Assembly: GCA_947259195.1 (NCBI GenBank)
Contig: CAMYLC010000098.1
Span: 497 to 64,496, forward strand
Direction of reading: 5' to 3'
Length of the DNA: 64,000 nt
Source of the DNA: Thermoanaerobaculia bacterium
GTDB lineage: Bacteria > Acidobacteriota > Thermoanaerobaculia > Multivoradales > JAHEKO01
In this document: piece by piece, positions 1-9,121 of the stretch
Layout: every line of letters begins with the position of its first letter
Position numbering within the stretch: the stretch's first letter is position 1
The notes under the pieces: generated by a model
Seen by the model: only the letters and a program-made list of their open reading frames with translations
Databases searched by the model: none
What the model was told of the DNA's origin: nothing
Position numbers and translations under genes: made by a program

Positions 1-261
1 GGGTTCCTGCACCAGAAGGTCGTACTGGTCGACGATCACATCGCCGTGGTCGGAACCGCCAACCTGGACAATCGCTCCCTGCGCTTGAACTTCGAAGTCT
101 CGGCCCTGACGCTAGATTCACAGTTCGCGGGCGAGGTGGCCGACATGCTCGAGAGAGACTTCGCCCAGTCGCGCAAGATGCAACCGAGGGAATTTCGGGA
201 AAAGCCCTTCTGGTTCCGATTCGCTGCTCGGGCCGCCAGGCTCACGGCACCGATTCTCTGA
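1..261 (+). CDS. cls: cardiolipin synthase / PLD-family protein, C-terminal part (5' end lies outside the window)
   Basis: Frame 1 is open from base 1 and reads GFLHQKVVLVDDHIAVVGTANLDNRS, the second HKD (HxK-x4-D-x6-G) motif of PLD-type cardiolipin synthases. Stop at 259-261. Confidence 0.8.
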   Translation, partial: GFLHQKVVLVDDHIAVVGTANLDNRSLRLNFEVSALTLDSQFAGEVADMLERDFAQSRKMQPREFREKPFWFRFAARAARLTAPIL

Positions 262-275
262 AGCCGGGCATCGGC

Positions 276-530
276 TCAGTCCAGGACAAGCCTCGAGTTG
301 AGAGGCTGGATGGGGCGATTGTTGTCGAAGCCCAGAAGATCGTGATGGAGCTGGATCTGCGCGGGTGAAGCGATGACAGGCTGCTTGAGAACGATCCACT
401 GCACGCCCTCCGTACAGGGAGGAGTGGTCAATGAGCCGTTGTAAAGGAGGTAGTTCGTCCGATCCCTAATCTGGATCCAGGAGTGATCACCAGGTGGCCC
501 CTTGATTTCCTGGCGGAGAATTCTATCCAA
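276..530 (-). pseudogene. alpha-carbonic anhydrase, C-terminal remnant (~80 aa; zinc-ligand half missing)
   Basis: YNGSLTTPPCTEGVQWIVLKQP matches the alpha-CA signature (GSLTTPPC-x-E-x-V-x-W). The only start is TTG at 528-530 and there is an in-frame stop at 564-566. The space where the N-terminal two-thirds should be is occupied by the 523..1320 gene. Confidence 0.6.
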
Positions 531-1320
531 CTCGGCGGGTGAGGAACTCCAGCATCGCCGCGGTCACCGCTTCGGGTTGCTCTAGGGTGCAGAGGTGGCC
601 GGCGTGAGGAATCTCGACCAGGGTGGAGTCGGGCAACCCTGCATCGATTCTCTTCGACAGACGCGGGGGCAGGGAGCGATCCTCGGAACCCACGACGACC
701 AGGGAGGGGACCTCGATCTCGCCCAAGCGGGAGATCACCGAGTCCCGACGCATCAACATCTCCAGGAAGCGACGCATCGACTCAGCGTCTGCTGCAGCGA
801 ATCGGCCTTTCCATTCCTCCACCAGCTTTGGATTTTTCCGGCAGGTCGTCCGACCGAACATCCCTCGTACTAAGGCCGGCAAGAAGGGGCGCAGTCCCAC
901 CAGCCGAGTGCCCGCTCCCATGGGCCTCGACTTCATCTTGACCCAGGATCGCTCGGCATCGGCATCGGTATCGAGCAGTATCACCGCACGGACTCTTTCT
1001 GGTGAGACGAGTGCCGCACGCATGGCCGTCATCCCACCGACTGACAACCCGGCCCAGATTGCCTGCACGATTCCCAAATGGTCTAGCAGGGCTAGCGAGT
1101 CGTCCACCAGGTCGTAGAGATCGAAGTCCTCGCGCAAGGGGCTGCTTCGACCGTGCCCCCGATAGTCGAGGTTGACCACGCGGTGAGACCGAGCCAGCTC
1201 GGGCACCTGGTACCGCCACATCTTGCCGGAGCAGAAGAAGCTGTGCCCGAGCAGGAGCGCCGGGCCGGAACCTGTCTCTTCGTAGTAGATCCGTTGATTC
1301 TGACGCTCGATGAACGGCAT
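523..1320 (-). CDS. alpha/beta-fold hydrolase
   Basis: 265-aa ORF with LLLGHSF (oxyanion region), nucleophile elbow GLSVGG (G-x-S-x-G) and a C-terminal PHAGHL histidine. Length is typical of the fold. Confidence 0.85.
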   Translation of the reverse strand: MPFIERQNQRIYYEETGSGPALLLGHSFFCSGKMWRYQVPELARSHRVVNLDYRGHGRSSPLREDFDLYDLVDDSLALLDHLGIVQAIWAGLSVGGMTAMRAALVSPERVRAVILLDTDADAERSWVKMKSRPMGAGTRLVGLRPFLPALVRGMFGRTTCRKNPKLVEEWKGRFAAADAESMRRFLEMLMRRDSVISRLGEIEVPSLVVVGSEDRSLPPRLSKRIDAGLPDSTLVEIPHAGHLCTLEQPEAVTAAMLEFLTRRVG

Positions 1321-1369
1321 GGAAACTCTACCCGCAGTCTACAGGACGACCAACGGGACGGAGCTCCGA

Positions 1370-3265
1370 CTAGCCTCGGCCTTCGCCCCCATAGTCCTGG
1401 CGCAGGGACTCGGTGTCCCAGCCCATATCCCGGGTCTCTCCGGTGTCCTGGAGATCACTGAGCAGCAGTGATTCGAGATCGCCGATGCGCTGCCGGGCGG
1501 TGTGGAAGTAGAGCTTGTCATCGTGGCGCATCTCGGCCAGCTCTCGTAGCGCCGCCTCGTCATGAAGACGGAACTTCTGTGCCGCCCGAACGGCCTGATA
1601 GGCCCTCCGACCCAGCAGGCGCAGCGCCTCGACTCCGGTTCGCAGCCCGGTGTCCAGCTTCTCCCGATAGACGTGCTCGACACCGGCCTCGAGCAGGTCG
1701 TAGGCCTCGCGACGACGTCGCGCACGGACGAGCAGCGTGAGATGCGGAAAGTGCTTTCGTACCGTGTCGACGAGCTCCATCCGCTTGTCGTGCGAATCGA
1801 TGGCCACGACCAATAGCTTGGCGTGCTCGGCGCCTGCCGCACGCAGCAGGTCGGTGCGGCACGCATCCCCGTAGAAGACCTTCATGCCCAACTTGCGAAG
1901 TAGGTCGACGCGATCCGAGTCGTAATCCAACACCGTGGTCCCTACGCCGTTGGCGCGTAGCAAGCGGCCCACGATGCTGCCGAAGCTGCCGAAACCGGCG
2001 ATGATCACCGGGTTCTCCTCGTCGACGACGTCCGATGCGCGCGCCTCTCGCTCCCGGGTGCCGAATCGCGGCTGCACGATCTTCTCATTCAAGAGCATCA
2101 GGATCGGCGTCGCCGCCATCGTCAGCGCCACGACAGCGATCAGAGTCGATGCCAGATCGGCTGACACCACACCCTCTCGCACCGCGAACGACAGCAGTAC
2201 GAAGGCGAACTCTCCGCCCTGGGCCAGCGAGAACGAGAACAGGAGATTCTGATCCATGCTCATCCGAAAGACGCGCCCCAGGACGAGCAGGATCACCCAC
2301 TTGACGACGATCAAGAGCAACATGAGCGACAGCACCAGCCTGAGGTTCCGACCGATCAGATCGAAATCGACCGCCGCACCGACGGCGATGAAGAAGAGTC
2401 CGAGCAGCAGACCCTTGAAGGGCTCGATATCGCTTTCAAGCTCATGGCGATACTCACTGCGCGCCAGGACGACTCCAGCCAAGAAGGTGCCCAGAGCCGG
2501 GCTGACCCCGACCTTGCTCATCAGCATGGCGGTGGCGATGACCAGCAGCAAGGCGGCGGCCGTGAACAGCTCGCGCATGCCGGTGCGGGCGATGAAGCGA
2601 AAGAAGGGCTGCAGCAGGTAGCGACCGAATAGGATGATGACGGCGACCGCGGCGAAGACCACCAGCGTCTCGGTCCAGCCGGGAAGACCCTCAACCCAGG
2701 TGGCAGCGTGACTGCCCTCGTCTGCAGCATGCCGGGCCTGCCTTGCAGTTGCCAGGAGCGGCAGGATGGCGAGGATCGGAATTACCGCGATGTCCTGGAA
2801 GAGCAGCACCGAAAACGCGCTCCGGCCGCCAGCGGTCCTCAACAGGCCCTTTTCGCTTAAGGTCTGCAGGACGATGGCGGTCGACGAAAGAGCCAGGGAC
2901 AGACCGATCGCAAGAGCCGGCCGCCAAGCGAGCCCGAATAGCACGCCGATGACTGCCAGAATGATGGTCGTCACAGCGACCTGTGAGCCGCCGAGCCCCA
3001 GAATCGGCGCCCGCAGGCTCCAGACTCGGGCCGGCTCGAGCTCGAGGCCGATCAGGAAGAGCATCAGAACCACCCCGAACTCGGCGAAGTGCAGGACGTC
3101 CTGCCCTTCCTCGCCAACCAGGCCTAGGACGAAGGGACCGATGATGACCCCGGCAAGCAGATAGCCCAGCACCGAGCCCAGGCCCAGGCGCTTGGCGATC
3201 GGCACCGAGACCACGGCTGCTGCCAGGTAGATCAAGGCCTGGAGGAAGAAGCCTTCGCCGTACAT
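1370..3265 (-). CDS. kefC: glutathione-regulated K+ efflux antiporter, KefB/KefC type (CPA2 family with KTN domain)
   Basis: Start taken at ATG 3263-3265 (MYGEGFFLQALIYLAAAV...), which overlaps the upstream stop by 1 nt (TGATG). A multi-TM CPA2 core is followed by the Rossmann motif VIIAGFGSFG. The longer 759-aa ORF extension is Arg/Gly-rich junk. Confidence 0.85.
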   Translation of the reverse strand: MYGEGFFLQALIYLAAAVVSVPIAKRLGLGSVLGYLLAGVIIGPFVLGLVGEEGQDVLHFAEFGVVLMLFLIGLELEPARVWSLRAPILGLGGSQVAVTTIILAVIGVLFGLAWRPALAIGLSLALSSTAIVLQTLSEKGLLRTAGGRSAFSVLLFQDIAVIPILAILPLLATARQARHAADEGSHAATWVEGLPGWTETLVVFAAVAVIILFGRYLLQPFFRFIARTGMRELFTAAALLLVIATAMLMSKVGVSPALGTFLAGVVLARSEYRHELESDIEPFKGLLLGLFFIAVGAAVDFDLIGRNLRLVLSLMLLLIVVKWVILLVLGRVFRMSMDQNLLFSFSLAQGGEFAFVLLSFAVREGVVSADLASTLIAVVALTMAATPILMLLNEKIVQPRFGTREREARASDVVDEENPVIIAGFGSFGSIVGRLLRANGVGTTVLDYDSDRVDLLRKLGMKVFYGDACRTDLLRAAGAEHAKLLVVAIDSHDKRMELVDTVRKHFPHLTLLVRARRRREAYDLLEAGVEHVYREKLDTGLRTGVEALRLLGRRAYQAVRAAQKFRLHDEAALRELAEMRHDDKLYFHTARQRIGDLESLLLSDLQDTGETRDMGWDTESLRQDYGGEGRG

Positions 3266-3882
3266 CAGACACCCTCCCCTTCGACCCGCAGCACGTCGTC
3301 GAGGCTCCAGTTGAGGCGCTGATGCTGGGGAACAGTCTCCCAGTCCACCTGGTCCTCGCGAATTGCCTCTAGCAGACGTCGATAGTCGGCGGCGTGGGAG
3401 CGAATCTCTTCGCCGATCATGCCAAGGGTGCCATGCACGACAAAGGGTGGCAGGTACTCCACACCGCACAGGCGGAAGGTCTGCTCGAGCGGAGCCAGGA
3501 ACTGACGCATCGTGAAGCGGTTGAGTCCTTCGGGCGCATAGGCCTGCTCCCGACCGCCCGTGGTGACGACGCTCAGAGCCTGCTTGCCATGCAGCAGCTT
3601 GCCTTCCGAGCCATAGGCCCACCCATGTTCCAGCACGAGATCCTGCCACTCCTTGAGCATCGCCGGGGTGCTGTACCAGAAGAAGGGGTGCTGCATGACG
3701 ATCATGTCGTGCTCGACCAGGAGGTTCTGCTCCCGGCGCACATCGATGTCGAACTCGGGATAGACCTCGTAGAGATCATGGAACGTCACCCCGGGCAGAT
3801 CGCGCACAGCCGCCGCCAGCTCCCGATTGACTCGCGACTTCTCCAGCGCCGGGTGGGCGAATAGAACCAGAATCCTGCTCAT
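3265..3882 (-). CDS. KefF/KefG-type flavodoxin-like NAD(P)H oxidoreductase (Kef ancillary subunit)
   Basis: MSRILVLFAHPALEKSRVNREL...MQHPFFWYSTPAMLKEW is typical of the KefF/KefG/MdaB family. The gene sits directly upstream of, and is translationally coupled to, the Kef antiporter. GAGGAA Shine-Dalgarno (SD) before ATG 3882. Confidence 0.85.
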   Translation of the reverse strand: MSRILVLFAHPALEKSRVNRELAAAVRDLPGVTFHDLYEVYPEFDIDVRREQNLLVEHDMIVMQHPFFWYSTPAMLKEWQDLVLEHGWAYGSEGKLLHGKQALSVVTTGGREQAYAPEGLNRFTMRQFLAPLEQTFRLCGVEYLPPFVVHGTLGMIGEEIRSHAADYRRLLEAIREDQVDWETVPQHQRLNWSLDDVLRVEGEGV

Positions 3883-4034
3883 AGGAACGTTCCTCTTCGT
3901 TGTGGTGGCGAGAAGGATACAGGAACCGGACCGCGCACGGTTCCTAGTGACCGCGGACAAGGTCGTGATCGACTCCCCACCGATCTGGGGGCCACTTCCC
4001 GCCGGAGAAGACAACGATTCCAGGAGGTAGGCGC

Positions 4035-5012
4035 CTACCGCACGAGGTGGGTGTCTTCGTTGACCGAGACCCAGTTGTACCAGAAGGTGTCGAAACCGGT
4101 GAGCTGTTTGGCCCCCACTGCGTCTCCCGCTCTCACGCACGCCAAGAGATCCTTGGTCTTCTTGCTTTCGGCCACTAGAGATGTCGGCACGATCCATCCT
4201 TGGGTCGATTCGAAGATCGAGGCCTTCTTGCCGCGGTACAGCAGCAGTCGCTTGTCGCCCCAGCCCTCGACTTCGAGAACTGCACCCCCCGCAAAGGCGG
4301 TGTGGGGCACGGCGTAGGGCTCGTCGCCCCACCAAAAGGAGTAGATGGAATCCTTCGGCGCCAGGCGCTGATCATCGATCTTCAGATCGCGAAAGGTCCC
4401 TTCGGAAGCGAAGTAGTTGTCATAGGGGTTGTTGTCGATGTGCTCCGCACCGTCCACCGACAGCACCAGGGTGTTGGGGTGGCGCTGCCGCCAGTTCTTC
4501 CAGGTGGCCTTCTCGCCCTCGGGAAGCTCAACCAGGTCGGTGCCGTCCAACTCCCCGCCAATGGCATCAGATGTCATGATCGACCACCAGCTGTCGGTCT
4601 CGCGGTCGCGCATGACCAGAGAGGCGTCCATTAGCGCTCCCGAGGCTTCGAAGTTGAGCTCTTTGTCGCCTAGTTTGCGGTCGTAGACTACGGCCGTGTT
4701 GGCCAGGGGTCACCAGACCGCCGCAAACGACTTCTCGCCGATCTGGTCGTTGACCACCTCGTGCCGGTTGAGCAGATTCAAACTGTAAGCGCGAGTCTGT
4801 CCGTCGATCTCCACTCCCAGCACCCACGCATCGTCGGCGATCTCCGCTTTGTCGGCCGTAACGAACTGTGGATTGGAGATGGCGGCGATCTTGCCCCGCT
4901 CGAGGATTTGCTCCACCCCCTCCGGCAACTCCTCGGCCAGGGCGATACCACCCAGCCCCACTCCGAGGCTCAGCAGGGGCAGCACCGTCAGATTGCGTTT
5001 CACTCTTTCCAT
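4035..5012 (-). CDS. exported DUF3179-family protein interrupted by one in-frame TGA (4710-4712); candidate selenocysteine codon, or a pseudogene
   Basis: ORFs 4710..5012 and 4035..4631 are in the same frame. Read-through gives ...AYSLNLLNRHEVVNDQIGEKSFAAVW[TGA]PLANTAVVYDR...LVMRDRETDSWW..., colinear with the DUF3179 core. Signal peptide at the N-terminus. AAGGAG SD lies 7 nt before ATG 5012. Confidence 0.6.
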
Positions 5013-5159
5013 GAGCGGTCTCCTTGACTCGTCAGACAGCAGTTACGGCTGCGCTGCTCGAGTAGATCTGAAGGGTTGCCTATTCCTACTCCGGAGCGGG
5101 GTGACAGCTAAGCGGCCAAAAGGCGCCATTGACGGCCCAAAACGAACATCTTAGCGGTC

Positions 5160-5193
5160 AAAATGACAACGGCCGGCAGGATAGCCGGCCGTT
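5160..5193 (-). terminator. rho-independent terminator downstream of the PDZ-protein gene
   Basis: Perfect 10-bp GC-rich stem AACGGCCGGC / GCCGGCCGTT (5168-5177 / 5184-5193) with a 6-nt loop. On the minus strand it is followed by GTCATTTTG (T-run 5160-5163). Confidence 0.6.
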
Positions 5194-5265
5194 TCAAGAC
5201 CTGGTGCCCAGGACCCAAGACCCAGGTCGGAAGCGTTGGCGTGAGCCAACCGCTTGCAGACTTCC

Positions 5266-5757
5266 TCAGTCGACGTGCTCCGAGTACTCCTCTCCGTGGT
5301 AGTGAAGGACGTGCTCGCCGATCCATTTCGCCAGAATCTCCTCGGGCATTGGCTCCAGGGTTACAGTGATGTCCTGTCCCTTACCGTCACGCTCGATGCC
5401 GAAGGTCACCGTGCGACTGGGGCGAAACGCCTCGTACTCCTGCTTGAGCTTCTCTTTGTTGGCCTCGTCATAGGGCACGCCATTGAGCGAGGTCAGAAGG
5501 TCACCTTTCTTCAAGCCCGCATCTTCCCCCGGACTATTGGGAGAAACCCACGTCAGTACGACGCCTCCGGCCTCCTCGCTCGCCTCCATGTTGATACCGA
5601 CCCAGCCCCGCTCAGAGAACTGCTCCTTCATCGCTCGAACACACTCCTCGACTTCATTCGAGCACTGCTGACCTTTCTTGCTCTCATCCCCTGCGAAGAC
5701 CGATGGGGCCACCAGAATCGCTGTCGCTGCCATTAGGGGAAGCCATGTCTTTCTCAT
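5266..5757 (-). CDS. secreted PDZ-domain protein
   Basis: Signal peptide MRKTWLPLMAATAILVAPSVFA. PDZ-like core GWVGINME...VVLTWVSPNSPGEDAGLKKGDLLTSLNG. Confidence 0.7.
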   Translation of the reverse strand: MRKTWLPLMAATAILVAPSVFAGDESKKGQQCSNEVEECVRAMKEQFSERGWVGINMEASEEAGGVVLTWVSPNSPGEDAGLKKGDLLTSLNGVPYDEANKEKLKQEYEAFRPSRTVTFGIERDGKGQDITVTLEPMPEEILAKWIGEHVLHYHGEEYSEHVD

Positions 5758-5791
5758 CGCGTGCTACCTCCAGATCCTCACCGCTCGCATG

Positions 5792-6079
5792 TCAGATGCA
5801 AGTACTGTAGGGATCATCCGTGAGCTGGCAATCCGACGTATCCGTAGTGAAGCCCAACGCCGGCATGAAGCTGGGAAAGACGGATATGTCGTCGAGGGCG
5901 TTTCCACCGCCCCCCTGGGGTTGCGCCGGCGCATTCGCCTGTTGTTCCACCACCGGCGTAGAGACCTGGCTATCGAGCACCGAGGCAGGCATGCCGGTCT
6001 CCTCACCCGCGCAGCCCACCCCCGAAATCAAGAGCAAAGCGAGAGCGAGACCACCGACGTATCGGTACACGTAGACCAT
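5792..6079 (-). CDS. small hypothetical lipoprotein-like protein
   Basis: Start taken at ATG 6077-6079: MVYVYRYVGGLALALLLISGVGCAGEE (hydrophobic leader ending in Cys, not a canonical lipobox). No recognisable domain. Confidence 0.35.
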   Translation of the reverse strand: MVYVYRYVGGLALALLLISGVGCAGEETGMPASVLDSQVSTPVVEQQANAPAQPQGGGGNALDDISVFPSFMPALGFTTDTSDCQLTDDPYSTCI

Positions 6080-6225
6080 GTCGAACCAATGATAGTACGG
6101 GACCGACCCGGGTCGGGTTGCATGGTCAGAAGCGCTGCGCTCGACTCGGCGCCCCCTGTCGAACCACCTGAACGAACCCCTCAGCACCGTTCAAGACAGC
6201 CAGTGCCTATGGGCTAGTCCCGGAT

Positions 6226-7944
6226 TCACTGGGTGGCCCAGATGGGCATGGTGGATAGGTCGAGGCCCAGGAGTCGGGAGGAGACGAGGAAAAAGAGCGT
6301 CGCGATTACCAACACTCCGACGAGGTTGAGGACCACACCGGCGCGAACCATGTCGCGTATCTCCACCTCGCCCGAGCTGAAAACGATGGCGTTCGGCGGT
6401 GTGGCGATCGGCAGCATGAAGGCACAGCTCGCCGACAGGGTCGCCGGCAGCATGAGTAGCAATGGATGGACCCCCATGGCGGTCGCCGTTCCAGCCAGGA
6501 TCGGCAGCAGGACCTCGGTAGTCGCCGTATTCGAGGTGACCTCGGTCAGAAAAGTCAGCAGCAGACAGGTGGCGATCACCAGCAGGAAGGGCGGCAGTCC
6601 ACCGACCTGTCGGGCAAAGGAGGCCGCAAAGTACTCCGCCAGGCCCGACTCCTTGAAGGCCAGCGCCAGCGCGAATCCGCCGCCAAAGAGCAGCAGGATC
6701 CCCCACGGCAGCTGAACCGCAGTCTCCCAGTCCATCAGGGCCGGACGCTTACCATCCGGCTGCCGGTCGCCTGGAATCAAGAAGGTGAGCAGCGCCATTC
6801 CCATGGCGACTGTCGCGTCGTGCAGGTGGCCTGCCGAGAAGCGCGCCGGCAGCCAGCCCTCGACGAGACTGGCCCAACCCGGAATCCGGAACGTTCCGAG
6901 ATCCAGATCGCCTCGGGTGATCCACAACAGGGCTGTGATGACGAAGATCCACAGCATGCGACGCTCCGCACCGCTCATCCTCCCCAAAGCTTGGATCTCT
7001 TCGGCAATGACCCCCCGACCGGCGGAGAGCGAGCCGCTTGGAACCCGGCTGCCAAAGAGCCGAATCAGGAGTATCCAGGCAATGGGAAGAAAGACCAGCA
7101 CCAAAGGAAGAATGGCGAGAAACCAACTGCCGAACGAGATAGTTGGTGCGTCGGGGAAGAGAATCTCCACGATTCTCAAGAACGAGATGTTGGGGGGGGT
7201 TCCGATGGGGGTGGCCAGGCCACCGATCGAAGCCGAGTAGGCGATGCCGAGCAGCAGCGCCGGTGCAAAACCCCTCATGCGATCTCCATCGACCTCTCGC
7301 AGCGAGGCGACGACGGCCAGGGCGATCGGCAGCATCATGAGACTGGTCGCCGTGTTGGAGATCCACATCGAAAGAAAGGCGGTCGCCACCATGAACCCGA
7401 GAACCATGCGGGACGGATTGGTGCCAAAGACCTGGACGATGTGCAACGCGATGCGTCGATGCAGGCCCCAGCGCTGGATTCCCAGGGCCAGAATGAAGCC
7501 GCCCATAAATAGGAAGATGATCTCGCTCGCATAGTTGACCGCGGTTTCCTTGCTGGTGAGTATTCCGAAGACCGGAAACAGAACGAGGGGTAGCAGCGAG
7601 GTGGCGGGAATGGGGATCGCCACCGTGATCCACCACGAGGCCATCAGGACTGCGCTGGCCAGCGTCGACCTGGCGAGGCGGGGCATGGCACTCAGTGCCG
7701 GTGCGAGAAGCACCGCGGCGACGACGCAAAGCAAGAGCACTGCGACGAGAACCGACGCTCGGTGCGGACGGCGGAAGATCAGCAAGGCGAGAGACCCCAG
7801 TGCCATCAACGGAACCAACCACAAGAGGGCGTGGGCCCAGGGGGCGGCGAGCCAGGGCGCCAGCAGAACCCCGATGAACCCACAGATGCCGACCAGGAGG
7901 CCCACCGACTTGCCGAGGGGGTTTGGCTCCCCTATGCGTGCCAT
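6226..7944 (-). CDS. DASS/SLC13-family anion:Na+ symporter with an N-terminal TM extension
   Basis: 572-aa polytopic protein with two hairpin SNT motifs (WISNTATSLMMLPIA and EVTSNTATTEVLLPI), characteristic of DASS transporters. Confidence 0.85.
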   Translation of the reverse strand: MARIGEPNPLGKSVGLLVGICGFIGVLLAPWLAAPWAHALLWLVPLMALGSLALLIFRRPHRASVLVAVLLLCVVAAVLLAPALSAMPRLARSTLASAVLMASWWITVAIPIPATSLLPLVLFPVFGILTSKETAVNYASEIIFLFMGGFILALGIQRWGLHRRIALHIVQVFGTNPSRMVLGFMVATAFLSMWISNTATSLMMLPIALAVVASLREVDGDRMRGFAPALLLGIAYSASIGGLATPIGTPPNISFLRIVEILFPDAPTISFGSWFLAILPLVLVFLPIAWILLIRLFGSRVPSGSLSAGRGVIAEEIQALGRMSGAERRMLWIFVITALLWITRGDLDLGTFRIPGWASLVEGWLPARFSAGHLHDATVAMGMALLTFLIPGDRQPDGKRPALMDWETAVQLPWGILLLFGGGFALALAFKESGLAEYFAASFARQVGGLPPFLLVIATCLLLTFLTEVTSNTATTEVLLPILAGTATAMGVHPLLLMLPATLSASCAFMLPIATPPNAIVFSSGEVEIRDMVRAGVVLNLVGVLVIATLFFLVSSRLLGLDLSTMPIWATQ

Positions 7945-8009
7945 GGCCGAAGGATACTAGGTAGGCGACGAATCAGAGCGTTCCAATAACTTCCGCAATA
8001 CGCATTTGA

Positions 8010-8038
8010 TTGACAGATTCCCTGTTTTTGAGTACTCT
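8010..8038 (+). promoter_or_regulatory. sigma70-like promoter for the DtxR-FeoA/feoB operon
   Basis: TTGACA (8010-8015), a 17-nt spacer, then TACTCT (8033-8038), inside the only AT-rich island of the 7945-8086 intergenic region. Confidence 0.45.
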
Positions 8039-8086
8039 AAAAATCGACGCCTGGCGGTACTTCCACTCGACACTCCCCGAACGATC

Positions 8087-9121
8087 ATGATCAATCCGTA
8101 CCTCGCACTTCTCTGGGTGATCGCCCTGACGCTCACGGCCATCTATCTGCTGCGGCCCGATCGCGGCCTGCTGTGGAGGCTCCTTCGGGCCTCGAAAGCG
8201 ACCGAGCGGGTTCTCGTCGAGGATGCACTCAAGCACCTATTCGACTGTGAATATCGGCAACAGGTGGGCACGCTTCAGAGCCTGTCGGGCGTTCTGACGA
8301 TCTCGGGCAACCGCGCTGCCGAGCTGCTGGAGAGCCTCGAAGTGCAAGGGCTCATCTCCTCTGGCGAAGGTGGTTACCTGCTAACCACTGAAGGCCGTAG
8401 ACACGCCTTGCAGGTGATCCGGATCCATCGCCTCTGGGAGCGTTACTTTTCCGACGAGACGGGGCTGGAACCTCGAGCCTGGCATCAGGAGGCGGAGCTC
8501 CGGGAGCACACCACGACGCCTGCCGAAGCGGAAGCCCTCGCCGCCAAGATGGGCAATCCTCCGTTCGATCCACATGGCGACCCCATACCAACAGCCAGTG
8601 GCGAGATGCCGCCACCGCAGGGCAGCCCCCTGACCGAGCTGCCGGTCGGCGAGCTGGCCGAGATCGTCCACATCGAAGACGAGCCCGAGGCGGTCTACGC
8701 CCAGTTGTTGGCCGAAGGCTTGCACCCAGGAATGCGGGTTCGGGTCAACGAATCGACTCTCCGACGCATTCGATTCAAAGCCAACGCCGAAGAGATCGTC
8801 CTGGCACCAGTACTGGCAGCGAATCTCTCGGTGGCCCCGTTGCCCGAAGAGGTCGAGATGCCTGGGCCCTTCGAGCGGCTTTCCGAGCTGCCGCTGGGCC
8901 GGCAGGCTCGAGTCGTCGCCATCGCACCGACCCTGCGCGCCCCCGAGCGACGACGGATGCTGGATCTCGGCCTGGTACCGGGCACGGTTGTCGAAGCCGA
9001 GCTCCGCAGCCCGGGTGGAGATCCAACCGGCTACCGCATCCGCGGCGCCGTCATCGCCCTGCGACAGGACCAGGCCGATCAGATCCAGATCGAGCGGCTC
9101 GAAGCGAGTGCGGCCTCATGA
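8087..9121 (+). CDS. DtxR/MntR-family metalloregulator with an N-terminal hydrophobic helix, an SH3-like domain and a C-terminal FeoA domain
   Basis: [10 protein letters not shown]...ELREHT...[10 protein letters not shown] matches the DtxR dimerisation/metal-site region. Two FeoA/SH3-like segments follow ([15 protein letters not shown]... and [15 protein letters not shown]...[13 protein letters not shown]...). ATG 8087 is preferred because the TTG at 8006 lies inside the predicted promoter. Confidence 0.8.
   Translation: MINPYLALLWVIALTLTAIYLLRPDRGLLWRLLRASKATERVLVEDALKHLFDCEYRQQVGTLQSLSGVLTISGNRAAELLESLEVQGLISSGEGGYLLTTEGRRHALQVIRIHRLWERYFSDETGLEPRAWHQEAELREHTTTPAEAEALAAKMGNPPFDPHGDPIPTASGEMPPPQGSPLTELPVGELAEIVHIEDEPEAVYAQLLAEGLHPGMRVRVNESTLRRIRFKANAEEIVLAPVLAANLSVAPLPEEVEMPGPFERLSELPLGRQARVVAIAPTLRAPERRRMLDLGLVPGTVVEAELRSPGGDPTGYRIRGAVIALRQDQADQIQIERLEASAAS

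Noticed and set aside
1370-3649. N-terminal extensions of track ORFs: 1370..3649, 3265..4335, 13900..15063, 29896..31071, 35850..36365, 48084..50465, 51793..53136, 54695..55384, 8006..9121 and 17488..19005.
   Set aside because: The extensions overlap the upstream gene or a promoter and are compositionally junk. Family-typical N-termini begin at internal starts, often in 1-4-nt overlaps with the preceding stop.
7950-7975. Possible DtxR/IdeR iron box (ACTAGGTAGGCGACGAATC) upstream of the regulator gene.
   Set aside because: Only a partial resemblance to TTAGGTTAGGCTAACCTAA and no dyad symmetry, so it cannot be supported by eye.
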